Source of the DNA: Vicinamibacteria bacterium
Lineage (GTDB): Bacteria > Acidobacteriota > Vicinamibacteria > Marinacidobacterales > Marinacidobacteraceae
Assembly: GCA_963668695.2 (NCBI GenBank)
Contig: CAXXLQ010000004.1
Span: 384,001-448,000 of the forward strand
Direction: 5' to 3'
DNA length: 64,000 bases
How positions within the stretch are numbered: position 1 is the first letter of the stretch; every line of letters begins with the position of its first letter. Under the pieces are notes generated by a model, which ran no database searches, had not been told where the DNA came from, and saw only the letters and a program-made list of their open reading frames with translations. Shown here piece after piece: positions 19,576 through 30,383 of the stretch. Position numbers and translations under genes: made by a program.

Positions 19576-21942
19576 ATGATCCGCGCACTCGACCGGAAGC
19601 TGCTGCGCGACCTGTGGCGGGTCCGCTCGATGGCGCTCGCCATCTCGGTCGTGGTGGCGGCGGGCATCGCACTCCTGGTGGCGTCGCTGATCTGCTTCGA
19701 TTCGCTGGAATCCACCCGCGACCGCTACTACGCCCAGACCGAGTTTGCCGACGTCTTCGCCGGCACCAAACGGGCGCCCCGGTGGCTCGCCGAGAGCTTC
19801 GAAGAGCTGCCCGGCGTGGAAAAGGTGTCCACCCGCGTGGTGGTCGGCGTCACGCTCGATGTGCCCGGGATGACCGAGCCGGTGAACGGCCGCCTGATCT
19901 CGGTGCCGGACACCGGCCGCCCGGTTCTGAACAATGTGGTCCTGCGGAGCGGCCGCTGGCCCGACCCGGGACGCGGCGAGGAAGCGCTCGTGAACGAGCG
20001 GTTCGCAAAGGCGCACGGCCTCGCACTCGGCGACGAGGTGGCCGCCGTGATCAACGGCCGCCGCCAACCGCTGGAGATCGTGGGAACCGTTCTCTCGCCG
20101 GAGTACGTCTATGCCATCTCGGGCGGCGACCTGTTTCCGGACCCGAAGCGCTTCGGGCTGTTCTGGCTGACGCGCCGGCATCTCGCCACCGCCTTCGACA
20201 TGGAGGGTGGTTTCAACGACATTTCGCTGTCCCTCGCCGAGGGCGCATCCGCCGCGCCGGCGATCGCCGAACTGGACCGCCTCATCGAGCCCTACGGCGG
20301 CCTGGGAGCGATCCCCCGGGCGCTGCAGGTCTCCAACTGGTACCTGCAGAACGAGATCACGGGGCTCCGCGGCATGGCGGTGGTGTTGCCCACGATCTTC
20401 CTGGGAATCGCCGCGTTCCTGTTGAACGTGGTTCTGAGGCGGTTGATCGCGGTCCAGCGGGAACAGATCGCGGTACTCAAGGCGATCGGCTACTCCAACC
20501 TGCGCCTCGGGCTGCACTACATCCAGTGGGCGCTGCTGGTCTCGGTCATTGGGGGCGCACTCGGAATCGGGCTGGGGGCGCTCATGAGCGGCGGGATGCT
20601 GTCGCTCTATCTGGAGTACTACACGTTCCCCGCGCTGGTGGCCCACTGGAACTGGTCAAGCCTCCTCGCGACTCTGTTCGCCTGCGGGGCGGCCGCCGTC
20701 CTGGGAGCGGCCGCCGCGGTGAGGAGCGTGGTGCGCCTGCCGCCCGCGGAGGCGATGCGCCCCGCCGCACCCGAGAAGTTCCGGGTATCCCTGCTCGAGC
20801 GGCTGGGGCTCCGACGCTTCCTCTCCCAGCCGCTCCGCATGGTCCTTCGGAACCTGTCGCGCCGGCCGCTCCGGGCCGCGATGTCGATCGTGGGGATCGC
20901 CTTTTCCGCCGCCATCACGGTGATGGCGAGCGCCTCCATGGACTCGTTCGCGGAGTTCATGGAGATCCAGTTCAACGTGGTCCAGCGTCAGGACGTCACC
21001 GTGACCTTCGTCGAACCGGAGGGGCGCGCCGCCTACTACGAGCTCGCCTCGGTCCCCGGCGTCCTCGAGGTGGAAGCCAAGAACGGAGCTGCCGTGCGCC
21101 TCCGGAACGGAAGCCGGCAGCGGCAGGTCGCGATTCAGGCGTTTCAGGCTGACGCCCGCCTCCAGCGGGTGGTGGGATCCGACTACCGGCCGGTGCAGTT
21201 CGACCGGGCCGGACTCATTCTGTCGCGAAAGCTCGCCGAGGTTCTCGACGTGACACCCGGGGAGACGATCCGGGTGGAAGCGCTCCAGGGGACCCGGCCG
21301 GTGGCCGACATGGCGGTCGGGGGACTCGTGGACGACCTGATGGGCATGTCCGCCTATCTGGAGCCCGACGCGCTCCAGCGCTTCCTCGGCGACACCGCCA
21401 ACATGAGCGGGGCCGCCCTCGGCATCGATCCGGCAGAACGCGAGGAGGTCTATAAGGCGCTCAAGGGGATGCCGGTGGTTGCCGGAGTGGCGCTCCGGCA
21501 CGCGATGCTCGAGAACTTCGACACCTTCGTGGCCGAAAACATGAACTCCACGATGGCGATCAACCTCCTGTTCGCGCTTATCATCGCGTTCGGCGTGATC
21601 TACAACACCGCCCGCATCTCGCTATCGGAGAGCAGCCGCGAACTCGCCAGCATGCGGGTGATGGGCTTCACGCGCTCGGAGATCGGCGTCGTGCTGTTCG
21701 GGGAACTCGGGATCCTGACGGCGGTGGCGATCCCGGTCGGACTGGGACTCGGCTACTCGATGCTCGCCGGGATGCTGGCCGCCTTCGAAACGGAACTGTT
21801 CCGGCTTCCGATGGTCGCCGAGGCGAGCACCTTCGCGCTGGCGTCCGGCGCGGTGGTCGCCGCGATGGGGCTGTCCGCGCTCGTGGTTCGCCATAAATTG
21901 AACCGCCTCGATCTGGTCGAGGTCCTGAAGACCCGGGAGTAA
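19576..21942 (+). CDS. ABC transporter permease (FtsX/MacB-like, duplicated)
   Basis: [10 protein letters not shown] start, [11 protein letters not shown] and [10 protein letters not shown] FtsX motifs. Confidence 0.9.
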   Translation: MIRALDRKLLRDLWRVRSMALAISVVVAAGIALLVASLICFDSLESTRDRYYAQTEFADVFAGTKRAPRWLAESFEELPGVEKVSTRVVVGVTLDVPGMTEPVNGRLISVPDTGRPVLNNVVLRSGRWPDPGRGEEALVNERFAKAHGLALGDEVAAVINGRRQPLEIVGTVLSPEYVYAISGGDLFPDPKRFGLFWLTRRHLATAFDMEGGFNDISLSLAEGASAAPAIAELDRLIEPYGGLGAIPRALQVSNWYLQNEITGLRGMAVVLPTIFLGIAAFLLNVVLRRLIAVQREQIAVLKAIGYSNLRLGLHYIQWALLVSVIGGALGIGLGALMSGGMLSLYLEYYTFPALVAHWNWSSLLATLFACGAAAVLGAAAAVRSVVRLPPAEAMRPAAPEKFRVSLLERLGLRRFLSQPLRMVLRNLSRRPLRAAMSIVGIAFSAAITVMASASMDSFAEFMEIQFNVVQRQDVTVTFVEPEGRAAYYELASVPGVLEVEAKNGAAVRLRNGSRQRQVAIQAFQADARLQRVVGSDYRPVQFDRAGLILSRKLAEVLDVTPGETIRVEALQGTRPVADMAVGGLVDDLMGMSAYLEPDALQRFLGDTANMSGAALGIDPAEREEVYKALKGMPVVAGVALRHAMLENFDTFVAENMNSTMAINLLFALIIAFGVIYNTARISLSESSRELASMRVMGFTRSEIGVVLFGELGILTAVAIPVGLGLGYSMLAGMLAAFETELFRLPMVAEASTFALASGAVVAAMGLSALVVRHKLNRLDLVEVLKTRE

Positions 21943-21946
21943 AGGC

Positions 21947-23176
21947 ATGAAGAAGAGACGGCGGCTCATCCTCTGGGGCGGAGCCTTGGTGGTGGTCGTG
22001 GCGCTGATCGCGCTCGCCTCACGGCCCCGCCCGGTGCCGGTGGACATGGCCTCGGTGGTGCGCGGGACGCTCTCGGTGACGCTCGACGAAGAGGGCGAAA
22101 CCCGGGTCCGGGACCGGTTCGAGATTTCGGCGCCGGTGGCCGGGCGCGTGCTCCGCATCGAGCTCGAACCGGGTGATCGGGTGCTGGCCGGAGAGAGCGT
22201 GCTCGCCTCGTTCCTGCCCGCGTCCCCGGTGCCTCTCGACCCCCGCCAGCGAGCGGAAGCCCAGGCCGCAGTCGAAGCCGCGGAAGCCATGGTGGGTCAG
22301 GCCGAGGCGCTCCATGAGCAGGCCGCGCAGGAGCGCGCGTTCGCCGAATCCACGCTGAACCGCCTGCGCCGCCTCCAGGAAGAGGGTGTCACCTCCGAAG
22401 AGCAGCTCGAGATCGCGCAGCTCGAGCTCGACACCCGCCAGGAAGCGCTGGAGGCGGCCGAATTCGCGGTCCGCGATGCGCGCGGCAAGCTGGCGGTCGC
22501 CCGGGCCCGGGTGCAGCGCTTCCGTTTCCGCCCCGGTGACGCCGGGACGGGGAATCCGGAAGCGATCCAGATCTTCTCGCCGGTGGACGGCGTCGTGCTG
22601 CGGCGGGTTCGCGAGAGCGAGGCGGTGGTTCCTGCCGGCGAGCCGCTCCTCGAGGTCGGGGACCCGCGGGAACTCGAAGTCGTGACCGACTACCTCTCGA
22701 ACGATGCGGTGCGGATGCGCGCCGGACAGTCCGCGCTTATCGACCGCTGGGGCGGCGACCGCCCGCTCCGCGGCCGGGTCCTGCGGGTCGAACCCTCGGG
22801 TTTCACCAAGATCTCGGCCCTCGGCGTCGAGGAGCAGCGCGTCAACGTGGTCATGGAACTCGAGGAGCCCTACGCGGCGCGGTCCAGCCTGGGCGACGCC
22901 TACCGGGTCGAAACCCGGGTCGTGGTCTGGGAGCAGGAGGATCAGGTGAAGGTGCCCGTCGGGGCGCTTTTCCGCCGGGGAGCGAACTGGGCCGTCTTCG
23001 TCGTGCAAGACGAAATGGCCAGCGAGCGGGCGGTCGAGATCGGGGAGCGCAACCAGCGGGAAGCACAGGTCCTCAGCGGGCTGGAGGTCGGCGATCAGGT
23101 CATCGTGTATCCCGGTGACAGCGTGGCCGAAGGAGTCCGGGTGGCCCCGGCGGCCGCGAGCGCGGCGTCCGGCTGA
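21947..23176 (+). CDS. HlyD family periplasmic adaptor
   Basis: ISAPVAG..LEPGDRV, coiled coil, SPVDG and TKISALGVEEQRV. Confidence 0.9.
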   Translation: MKKRRRLILWGGALVVVVALIALASRPRPVPVDMASVVRGTLSVTLDEEGETRVRDRFEISAPVAGRVLRIELEPGDRVLAGESVLASFLPASPVPLDPRQRAEAQAAVEAAEAMVGQAEALHEQAAQERAFAESTLNRLRRLQEEGVTSEEQLEIAQLELDTRQEALEAAEFAVRDARGKLAVARARVQRFRFRPGDAGTGNPEAIQIFSPVDGVVLRRVRESEAVVPAGEPLLEVGDPRELEVVTDYLSNDAVRMRAGQSALIDRWGGDRPLRGRVLRVEPSGFTKISALGVEEQRVNVVMELEEPYAARSSLGDAYRVETRVVVWEQEDQVKVPVGALFRRGANWAVFVVQDEMASERAVEIGERNQREAQVLSGLEVGDQVIVYPGDSVAEGVRVAPAAASAASG

Positions 23177-23195
23177 CGGGGGAACCGCGGGCGGC

Positions 23196-24581
23196 ATGAC
23201 TCCTGCCGGGACTCCTTCCGGGACGCTTTCCGAGACTCGTTCCGAGTTGCTTGAGGCGTTTCGCCGGATCCGGCGGCAGACCACGGAGCTCGCGGCGCCG
23301 CTCGCCATCGAGGACTACGTGGTGGGGTCCATGCCGGGGGCGAGCCCGGCGAAGTGGCACCTCGGCCACACCTCGTGGTTCTTCGAGACCTTTGTGCTCG
23401 CGCGGGAGGGCGTGCCCGCGCGGGAGGGCGTGCCCGCGCGGGAGGGCGTGCTCACGCGGGAGGGCGTGCTCGGTCGGGACGGGACTGGGTATTCCCCACC
23501 GCATCCGGAGTACCAGGAGGTCTTCGGCGTATCTGCCGCAGGCGGCGGCCGGCACCTCCGACGCGTGCGGGGCCTCCTGTCACGGCCGACGGTGGCCGAG
23601 GTCTTCGACTACCGGCACCAGGTGGACGACGGGGTGGCCGAACTCCTCGAAGGTGAGCTTCCCGACGAGATCCGGGAGATCGTGCTGCTCGGACTGCACC
23701 ACGAACAGCAGCACCAGGAACGGCTGCTGATCGACCTGAAGCACCTGTTCTCGCTGAACCCGCTCTACCCGGCGTACCGCCAGGCGGCGGACGAGACGCG
23801 CGGGGGAGAAGCGTCGCCGCTCCGTTTCGTTTCGTTCGCCGGAGGCACCCTGCCCTTCGGCCACCCGGGAGCGGAGTTCGCCTACGACAACGAGAGGCCC
23901 CGCCACGAGCGGCTGTTGGAGCCGTTCCAGCTCGCCTCCCGGTTGATCACGAACGGGGAGTACCTCGAGTTCGTCGCGGAGGGCGGCTACCGCGAGGCCT
24001 CGCTGTGGCTTTCGGACGGGTGGGACGCCAAGGTGGCGGGCGACTGGGATGCGCCGCTCTACTGGGTCCGGCAGGGCGACGACCGTTTCGCCGAGTTCTC
24101 GCTCGGCGGGCTATTGCCGCTCGCCCTTGATGCCCCGGTGATTCACGTGAGCTACTTCGAAGCCGACGCCTTCGCGCGCTGGCGGGAAGCCCGGCTGCCC
24201 ACCGAGTTCGAGTGGGAGTCGGCGGCGGCGGACCGGCCGGTCGCGGGGACGTTCCTCGAAAACGGCGGCCTGCGCCCGTCACCCGCGCCGAGAGCAACCC
24301 GTCCGGGGGGATCCGGCCCCGGCCCCGGTGGTAGGTCGGGCCCCAGCCAGCTCTTCGGGGACGCCTGGGAGTGGACGGCGAGCGCCTATCTCCCCTATCC
24401 GCGGTTCCGGCCGTCGGGGGTCTTCGGCCAATCGAGCGGCAAGTCCATGTCCGGCCGGATGGTGCTCCGCGGCGGGTCCTGCTTCACCCCGGCTTCCCAC
24501 CTCCGCGCCACCTACCGCCATGTCCTCCGGCCGGACGCCCGCTGGCACGCGGCGGGGGTCCGGATCGCCCGCGACGGGTAG
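23196..24581 (+). CDS. egtB: EgtB-like sulfoxide synthase homolog (DinB_2 + FGE-sulfatase), divergent active site
   Basis: SPAKWHLGHTSWFFETFVL, GLHHEQQHQE, GDAWEWT and VLRGGS motifs; adjacent to egtD. Confidence 0.85.
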   Translation: MTPAGTPSGTLSETRSELLEAFRRIRRQTTELAAPLAIEDYVVGSMPGASPAKWHLGHTSWFFETFVLAREGVPAREGVPAREGVLTREGVLGRDGTGYSPPHPEYQEVFGVSAAGGGRHLRRVRGLLSRPTVAEVFDYRHQVDDGVAELLEGELPDEIREIVLLGLHHEQQHQERLLIDLKHLFSLNPLYPAYRQAADETRGGEASPLRFVSFAGGTLPFGHPGAEFAYDNERPRHERLLEPFQLASRLITNGEYLEFVAEGGYREASLWLSDGWDAKVAGDWDAPLYWVRQGDDRFAEFSLGGLLPLALDAPVIHVSYFEADAFARWREARLPTEFEWESAAADRPVAGTFLENGGLRPSPAPRATRPGGSGPGPGGRSGPSQLFGDAWEWTASAYLPYPRFRPSGVFGQSSGKSMSGRMVLRGGSCFTPASHLRATYRHVLRPDARWHAAGVRIARDG

Positions 24582-24593
24582 CCCGAGCGACCG

Positions 24594-25532
24594 GTGGCGG
24601 ACCTGGCCCTCGCCCGGACGGCTGCCTTTGCCGAGATCCGGCAAGGGCTGCTGGGCGATCCGCCGTCGATTTCGCCCAAGTTCTTCTACGACCGGGTGGG
24701 ATCGGACCTCTTCGACCGGATCACCCGGTTGCCCGAGTACTACCTGACCGCGACCGAGATCGGGATCCTCGAGGCGCGGCGCGCGGAGATCGCCGCGGGG
24801 ATCGGGTCGCGCGCCGTGCTCGCCGAGCTTGCCAGCGGGAGCGCCCGGAAAGCGCGCATCGTGCTGGGCGCGCTCGACGCGCCGGGCGCGTACGTGCCGC
24901 TTGATATCTCGGAGGAGACGCTCGCCGGGCAGGCGGACGCGCTCCGCCGCGACTTTCCGGACCTCCGGGTGCTGCCGGTGGCCGTGGACTTCTCGCGCGA
25001 CTTCGCTTTCCCGCCATTCGATTTCGAGCACGGCCGCATCGCGATCTTCTACGCGGGCTCGTCGCTCGGGAACTTCGAACCGGAGGAAGCGGCGGAGTTT
25101 CTCGCCCGGGTGGGCCGCGCCACCGGGCCGGGGTCCCGCCTCCTGCTCGGGGTGGACCGGAAGAAGGACAAGGGGGTCCTCGACCGCGCCTACAACGATC
25201 CCGAGGGGCTCAACGCGGCCTTCAACCGGAACATCCTGAACAACGTGAACGCACTCGCGGACGGCGACTTCAACCCGGAGAAGTGGATCCACCGCGCCTT
25301 CTACGACGAAGGGCGCGGCCGCATCGAGCTGTGGCTCGTGAGCGCCGTGGATCAGGCCGTCCGGGTAGCCGGCGAGACCCTGCGCTTTGCCGCGGGCGAC
25401 CGGATCCACACCGAGAACTCCTACAAGTACGAGGTCGAGGAAGTTCTGGAACTCGCCGCCCCCGCCTGGCGTCCGCTGCACCATTGGAGCGACCCCGCGG
25501 ATCGGTTCACCGTGTTCCTGTTCGGCCGGTAG
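24594..25532 (+). CDS. egtD: L-histidine N-alpha-trimethyltransferase
   Basis: KFFYD..GSDLFDRIT.LPEYYLT..E, GSSLGNF, AYNDPEG and IHTENSYKY motifs. Confidence 0.92.
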   Translation: MADLALARTAAFAEIRQGLLGDPPSISPKFFYDRVGSDLFDRITRLPEYYLTATEIGILEARRAEIAAGIGSRAVLAELASGSARKARIVLGALDAPGAYVPLDISEETLAGQADALRRDFPDLRVLPVAVDFSRDFAFPPFDFEHGRIAIFYAGSSLGNFEPEEAAEFLARVGRATGPGSRLLLGVDRKKDKGVLDRAYNDPEGLNAAFNRNILNNVNALADGDFNPEKWIHRAFYDEGRGRIELWLVSAVDQAVRVAGETLRFAAGDRIHTENSYKYEVEEVLELAAPAWRPLHHWSDPADRFTVFLFGR

Positions 25533-25622
25533 GGCGAGCGGAGACGGAGAACCAGCAAAACCGTCGCGAGACCATGGCGGGAAGAGCGTGTTCTTGCTCA
25601 ATCTGTACGCCATAATGGCGCC

Positions 25623-25937
25623 ATGCCCTTGGCGAACCCAGCAGACAGGCCCGTACCCGAAACGGGCGGGGTGAAGCACGCCCGCGTCCACCTGAGGCTG
25701 GATGGGCGAAGCAAACGCACGCTGGAGCGGGCGGCGGCCTACGAGGAGATGACGGTGAATCGCTTCGTCCTGTCCAGCGCGATCGCTGCTGCCGAGCGCG
25801 TAATCGAGTCAAAGGAGAGGATTGTCCTCCCTGCGACCGACTGGGACGCCTTCCACGATGCCTTGCTCAACCCGCCGGAGCCGAACGCGACGTTGATGGC
25901 GGCAACCCGCCGCTACCGCGAGCGCGGCGGTGAATGA
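25623..25937 (+). CDS. DUF1778 (TacA-like) antitoxin
   Basis: LERAAAY..VNRFVLSSA..DWDAFHDALLNPPEPN. Confidence 0.85.
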   Translation: MPLANPADRPVPETGGVKHARVHLRLDGRSKRTLERAAAYEEMTVNRFVLSSAIAAAERVIESKERIVLPATDWDAFHDALLNPPEPNATLMAATRRYRERGGE

Positions 25938-26439
25938 GCCGAGGCTCATTCTCGAGCCCCTCGGCTCCCACCACGATCGCGAATCCTTCGCGTGCGGCGA
26001 GCCAGCCCTTGACGACTACCTCCGTCGCAGGGCGTCCCAAGACACGCGTCGCCGCGTGGCGCGGGTGTTCGTCGCCGTGGGCGACACGCCCGACGAGGTT
26101 GCCGGGTACTACACCCTCAGCGCGGCGAGCTTCGAGAAGGACGAATTGCCGGCCGACATCGCGAAACGGTTACCGCACTACCCCGTACCCGCGGTAGTGA
26201 TCGGCCGCCTGGCGGTTTCTCGCACCTTTCAGGGACGCGGGCTCGGCGAAACCTTGCTGCTCGACGCGATCCGCCGCGTCGTCCGTGCGGGCGCCACGAT
26301 CGCCGCATACGCCGTCGTCGTGGATGCGAAGAACGACGCGGCCCGCGCGTTCTACGAACGCTATGGCTTCCAACCCTTTCCTTCCGCGCCGCGCCGCCTC
26401 TTTCTGCCCCTGCAAACCTTCGAGAAACTCCACCTGTAA
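25930..26439 (+). CDS. GNAT acetyltransferase toxin (TacT/AtaT-like)
   Basis: HDRESFACGEPALDDYL, IGRLAVS..QGRGLG and VVDAK..FYERYGF. Confidence 0.9.
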   Translation: MNEPRLILEPLGSHHDRESFACGEPALDDYLRRRASQDTRRRVARVFVAVGDTPDEVAGYYTLSAASFEKDELPADIAKRLPHYPVPAVVIGRLAVSRTFQGRGLGETLLLDAIRRVVRAGATIAAYAVVVDAKNDAARAFYERYGFQPFPSAPRRLFLPLQTFEKLHL

Positions 26440-26444
26440 TCCCT

Positions 26445-26680
26445 GCGGCTCGTGGCGCCGCTCGCCATCGAGGACTACGTGGTGCGGTCCACGCCGGATG
26501 CGAATCCGGCGAAGCGGCGCCTCGGCCACACCGCATAGCTCTTCGAGACCTTCGTGCTCTCGCGAGAGGGCGTGCCCGGTCGGGACGGGACCGGGTATTC
26601 CCCACTTCGTCCGGAGTACCAGGAGGTCTTTGGCGTATCCGCCGCCGGCGGCAGCCGGCGCCTCCGACGCCTGCGGGGCC
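26445..26680 (+). pseudogene. 5' fragment duplicate of egtB
   Basis: Near copy of about 23288-23575 with an in-frame stop (GHTA*) and only one of the 18-bp repeats. Confidence 0.85.
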
Positions 26681-26683
26681 TAA

Positions 26684-26917
26684 CAGCCTGTGGTGGAACC
26701 CGGGTGAGCGCCGAGAGCGGCCAGTTCTCCCGGTGGGGGCGAGGCGCCCGGCTGACAAGGCGCGTGAGGGAGGAGCCCCCACCGGGAGAACTGGCCCGGG
26801 TGTATTTCGACCGAAACGCAACGCAGAACGCAGCGAAGCGGAGTGGTTCAGCCGGGATGGATCGCCGCTCGAGCCCCCACCGGGAGAACTGGGCCGCCTG
26901 GGTTTCACCACAGGCTG
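26684..26917 (+). mobile_element. MITE carrying three 20-nt inserts
   Basis: TIRs CAGCCTGTGGTGGAACCC / GGGTTTCACCACAGGCTG; flanks CTAA and TTAC. Confidence 0.88.
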
Positions 26918-26921
26918 TTAC

Positions 26922-27556
26922 AAGCGCGCATCGTGCTGGGCGCGCTCGCCGGGCAGGCGGACGCGCTCCGCCGCGACTTTCCGGACCTCCGGGTGCTGCC
27001 GGTGGCAGTGGACTTCTCGCGCGACTTCGCTTTCCCGCCGTTCGATTTCGAGCACGGCCGCATCGCGATCTTCTACCTCGGCTCGTCGCTCGGGAACTTC
27101 GAACCCGAGGACGCGGCGGAGTTCCTCGCCCGGGTGGGCCGCGCCGCCGGGCCGGGGTCCCGCGTCCTGCTCGGGGTGGACCGGAAGAAGGACAAGGGGG
27201 TCCTCGACCGCGCCTACAACGATCCCGAGGGGCTCAAAGCGGCCTTCAACCGGAACATTCTGAACAACGTGAACGCGCTCGCGGACGGCGACTTCAACCC
27301 GGAGAAGTGGATCCACCGCGCCTTCTACGACGAGCGGCACGGCCGCATCGAGCTGTGGCTCGCGAGCGCGGTGGATCAGACCGTCCGGGTAGCGGGCGAG
27401 ACCCTGCGCTTTGCCGCGGGCGACCGGATCCACACCGAGAACTCCTATAAGTACGACGTCGAGGAAGTTCTGGAACTCGCCGCCCCCGCCTGGCGTCCGC
27501 TGCACCATTGGAGCGACCCCGCGGATCGGTTCACCGTCTTCTTGTTCGGCCGGTAG
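26922..27556 (+). pseudogene. 3' fragment duplicate of egtD
   Basis: Near-identical to about 24850-25532 with an internal deletion between CGCTCG direct repeats; lacks the N-terminus. Confidence 0.88.
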
Positions 27557-27588
27557 GTCCGGGAGCGCCATTCACGCCCGGCGGCGGG

Positions 27589-28569
27589 TCAGCGTTCGGG
27601 GGAGTCGAGCCGGGAGAGGAAGTCGGCGAAGTTCACCGCAGTGGAAGCGGCGGAAAGGAGCCGGTCTTCGGGCGTCGAACGGAGGGCGCTGAGGTGACGC
27701 CCGGCGGGGAAGTCGGCAGGGAAGTCGGCAGGGACCGCGACGCCCCGCTGCCGGAGGAGCGCGCGGGCCATCCTGCCGGCGCCTTGCGCGCGTCCCTCGG
27801 CGCGCTGCTCGCGGAGCAGGGGGTCGTCGTCCGGCCCCGTGCCCTCCCGTTCGCCCAGCGCACGGCCCACCCGCGACAGGATCTCCGAGGTCTCTTCCGA
27901 GATGACCCGCTCGTTCAGCGCACCGTGGATCTCCGCCGCCCGCCAGCCCGGAAACGCTCGGCTCGCCTCCGACGGCGCGTACCGACCCCCTTCCAGCAAG
28001 TAAATCCGGAGCCCCGATTGGAGTCCCGCAGGTCGGCTCGGCGCATACGCGTCCGGTACCTCCACCCAGACCTCCGGAAACCCCCAAGCCTCATACAGCT
28101 TCAGCCGATTCCTCCGCACATCCGTCGTGCTGTCCACCTCCACCACCACGTCGGGATACGGGTCCTCCCCTGCGTTCAAATACGGCGAAGCCATCCGGTC
28201 CAGCCGAGCCGGGTCCAGGAACACCATCTCGTCCGGCTGGATGTGGCGCGTTCCCTCGGAGCCAGTAAGCACCCGCCGGATCTCAGCCTGGCCGCAGAAG
28301 ACGATCGGCGATCCCCGCATCTGGGCGATCCGTTCCAGCAGCGGCCCCAGCATGCGCAGCGGCATCTCGTGCGCGAAATGCGCCGCCTCGCTCGCCAGGC
28401 AGGCGAGGCCGGCGCGGGAGTCGAAGAACTCGACGCGGCCTTCGTGGTCCTCGTATTCCGAGAACGTCATCGGCCGCAGGTAGCAGCCGGGAAACTCCAA
28501 CTCGGAGAGCGGGGGGTCGTCGCCCTGCCGCTCGAGCAGCGCCGCGCCCTTCGGTCCCATCCCTTCCAT
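27589..28569 (-). CDS. Uma2 (DUF820) family PD-(D/E)xK endonuclease-like protein
   Basis: [32 protein letters not shown]. Confidence 0.85.
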   Translation of the reverse strand: MEGMGPKGAALLERQGDDPPLSELEFPGCYLRPMTFSEYEDHEGRVEFFDSRAGLACLASEAAHFAHEMPLRMLGPLLERIAQMRGSPIVFCGQAEIRRVLTGSEGTRHIQPDEMVFLDPARLDRMASPYLNAGEDPYPDVVVEVDSTTDVRRNRLKLYEAWGFPEVWVEVPDAYAPSRPAGLQSGLRIYLLEGGRYAPSEASRAFPGWRAAEIHGALNERVISEETSEILSRVGRALGEREGTGPDDDPLLREQRAEGRAQGAGRMARALLRQRGVAVPADFPADFPAGRHLSALRSTPEDRLLSAASTAVNFADFLSRLDSPER

Positions 28570-28668
28570 TCCGGCGATCTTAGGTGGCGGTAGACGAGGC
28601 GGCAAGCGGCGCAACCCTCGACGCGCAGGCATCCGCCAGGGGCCCGCGGCATCCTGCGTTGGGCCGCT

Positions 28669-29306
28669 TCACGGGGCAGCACCGAGGCCGGCGATCCTGT
28701 CGTCGAGGACGCCGTCCACTCCTCGCGCGTCACCTCCCGGTACGCCACCTCGCCGACGAACCCGCTGCTCATCACGATGTCCGGACCGATCTCCTTGAGC
28801 TTCGACAGGCTTCGAGCCAGATCCGCCGCGCTGCCGCCGGAATGGGGGAGCACCAATGTGGACCACTCTCCGTCCCATTGGAAGATCGTGTCGCCGGTGA
28901 AGAGATACGACTTGCCGTGCGGCGACCTGTAGAAGAAACAGATGCTGCCATCCGTGTGCCCCGGTGTATGGATGATCGCCACATCCTCGATCCGGTTGTC
29001 GCTCGGACCGAACAGCACATCGGGCTCGCCGTGCACCCCGACGAACGGGGCCTCGATGGCGCTGCAGCCGAGTCGGCACCCGAACCGGTCTCTGATCCGC
29101 GCTTGGGACGGACCGGCCTCATCCCGGTGGGTGAGGAGCTGCCAGGCAATGCCGCCCCGCTCGGACATCTGCCGCAGATCGGCTTCGCCGCCGGTGTTGT
29201 AGAAGAGGATGTTGCCGGCCGGACGTTCGAGGAAATAGGCGTGGGTGTTGAGCATGCCGGCACGGTGGATCGTGCTCTGCCACAAGTCTTCCTGGAGCTG
29301 TTTCAT
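28669..29306 (-). CDS. MBL-fold metallo-hydrolase (probable 1-nt frameshift near 28710)
   Basis: [16 protein letters not shown] and LFTGD; the plausible C-terminus [13 protein letters not shown] is in another frame. Confidence 0.75.
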
Positions 29307-29523
29307 GCGGGAATGATGGCTCTCGGGACGAAACGCAGCCGGCGCCATCAGGAGAGGAAGGAACTCGCGCTCCGCCCACCCGCGGCGGGCTGTGCCGGCC
29401 CCCACGGGGAGAAACCCTCATGATCGGGTCCTCCTGCACACCCTCGCCCGTCATGAAAAAGACGCGGCCGTCAACTTGCCATGGCGCAACGTCATCGGCG
29501 CTGGTTTCGCGCTCCCGCGCGGT

Positions 29524-29560
29524 GCCGGTCTGAAGGCCCCCACCGGGAGGACTGGCCGGC
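29524..29560. repeat. REP-like palindrome with a 20-nt insert (29536-29555) in the right arm
   Basis: GCCGGTCTGAAG[GCCCCCACCGGGAGGACTGG]CCGGC. Confidence 0.85.
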
Positions 29561-29694
29561 GTTCCCTTGCCTGCGCGCCATCCGGGTTGTCGGCGTCCCG
29601 GGCGACTGCATTTTCACAGCAACTGGCCGGGGGTCGGCGTTCCCCTGCCTTCCCCGCAGCGTTGGTAAGACTGTCGCGGTTAGACTTTCTTACC

Positions 29695-29925
29695 ATGAAA
29701 ATTACGGAAAAAGGACAGGTCACGATCCCGCAGCGGCTCCGGCAGGCGTACGGCCTCCTCCCCAACACGGAAGTGATCTTCGAGGCCGGTGAGGACTGCG
29801 TTGTCCTGCGCTCCCGATTGAGCCGCCGCGGGCTGGTCCGGGAGCGCATTCGCCGGGCTCGGGGAGCCGGAACAGGCAACCGGACCACGGACGACATCAT
29901 GCGAATGACGCGGGGAGAGGACTGA
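29695..29925 (+). CDS. AbrB/MazE family antitoxin
   Basis: MKITEKGQVTIPQRLRQAYGL; GGTAAG...CTTACC inverted repeat upstream. Confidence 0.88.
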   Translation: MKITEKGQVTIPQRLRQAYGLLPNTEVIFEAGEDCVVLRSRLSRRGLVRERIRRARGAGTGNRTTDDIMRMTRGED

Positions 29926-30336
29926 GTGTTCCTCGCGGACGCAAACGTCTTGCTCGACATCTCCACGAACGACACGACGTGGCGGGATTGGTCGGAACGC
30001 GCGCTGGAAGACGCCCTCGCGGAAGGAAACGTCTCCATCAACCCGATCATCTACGCGGAGGTGGCGCTCGATTTCGCCGATGCCCAAGCCCTGGATCGCT
30101 GGTTGCAACAGCTCGACATCGAGAGGCGGTCGCTGCCGTATGACGCCGCGTTTCCGGCATCGCGCGCCTACGAGCGCTACCGGCGAGCGGGCGGGAGACG
30201 GCGGTCCCCGCTGCCTGACTTCTACATCGGGGCCCACGCGGTCGTGGCCGATCTGACACTCATCACCAGGGACGCGCGCCGCTACCGGACCTATTTTCCG
30301 TCGCTGCGATTGCTTGCGCCTCCAGAGGAGAGCTGA
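29926..30336 (+). CDS. vapC: VapC PIN toxin
   Basis: DANVLLD, IIYAE, PLPDFYIGAHA and TRDARRYRTYFP. Confidence 0.88.
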   Translation: MFLADANVLLDISTNDTTWRDWSERALEDALAEGNVSINPIIYAEVALDFADAQALDRWLQQLDIERRSLPYDAAFPASRAYERYRRAGGRRRSPLPDFYIGAHAVVADLTLITRDARRYRTYFPSLRLLAPPEES

Positions 30337-30383
30337 TGCAGATCTCGTCGAACGGGCCAACCCCTCCCCGATAATCCACCCTC

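Noticed and set aside
26843-27556. Second functional egtD
   Set aside because: Its N-terminus is MITE-derived, the first ~85 codons including the SAM-binding motif are missing, and there is an internal deletion.
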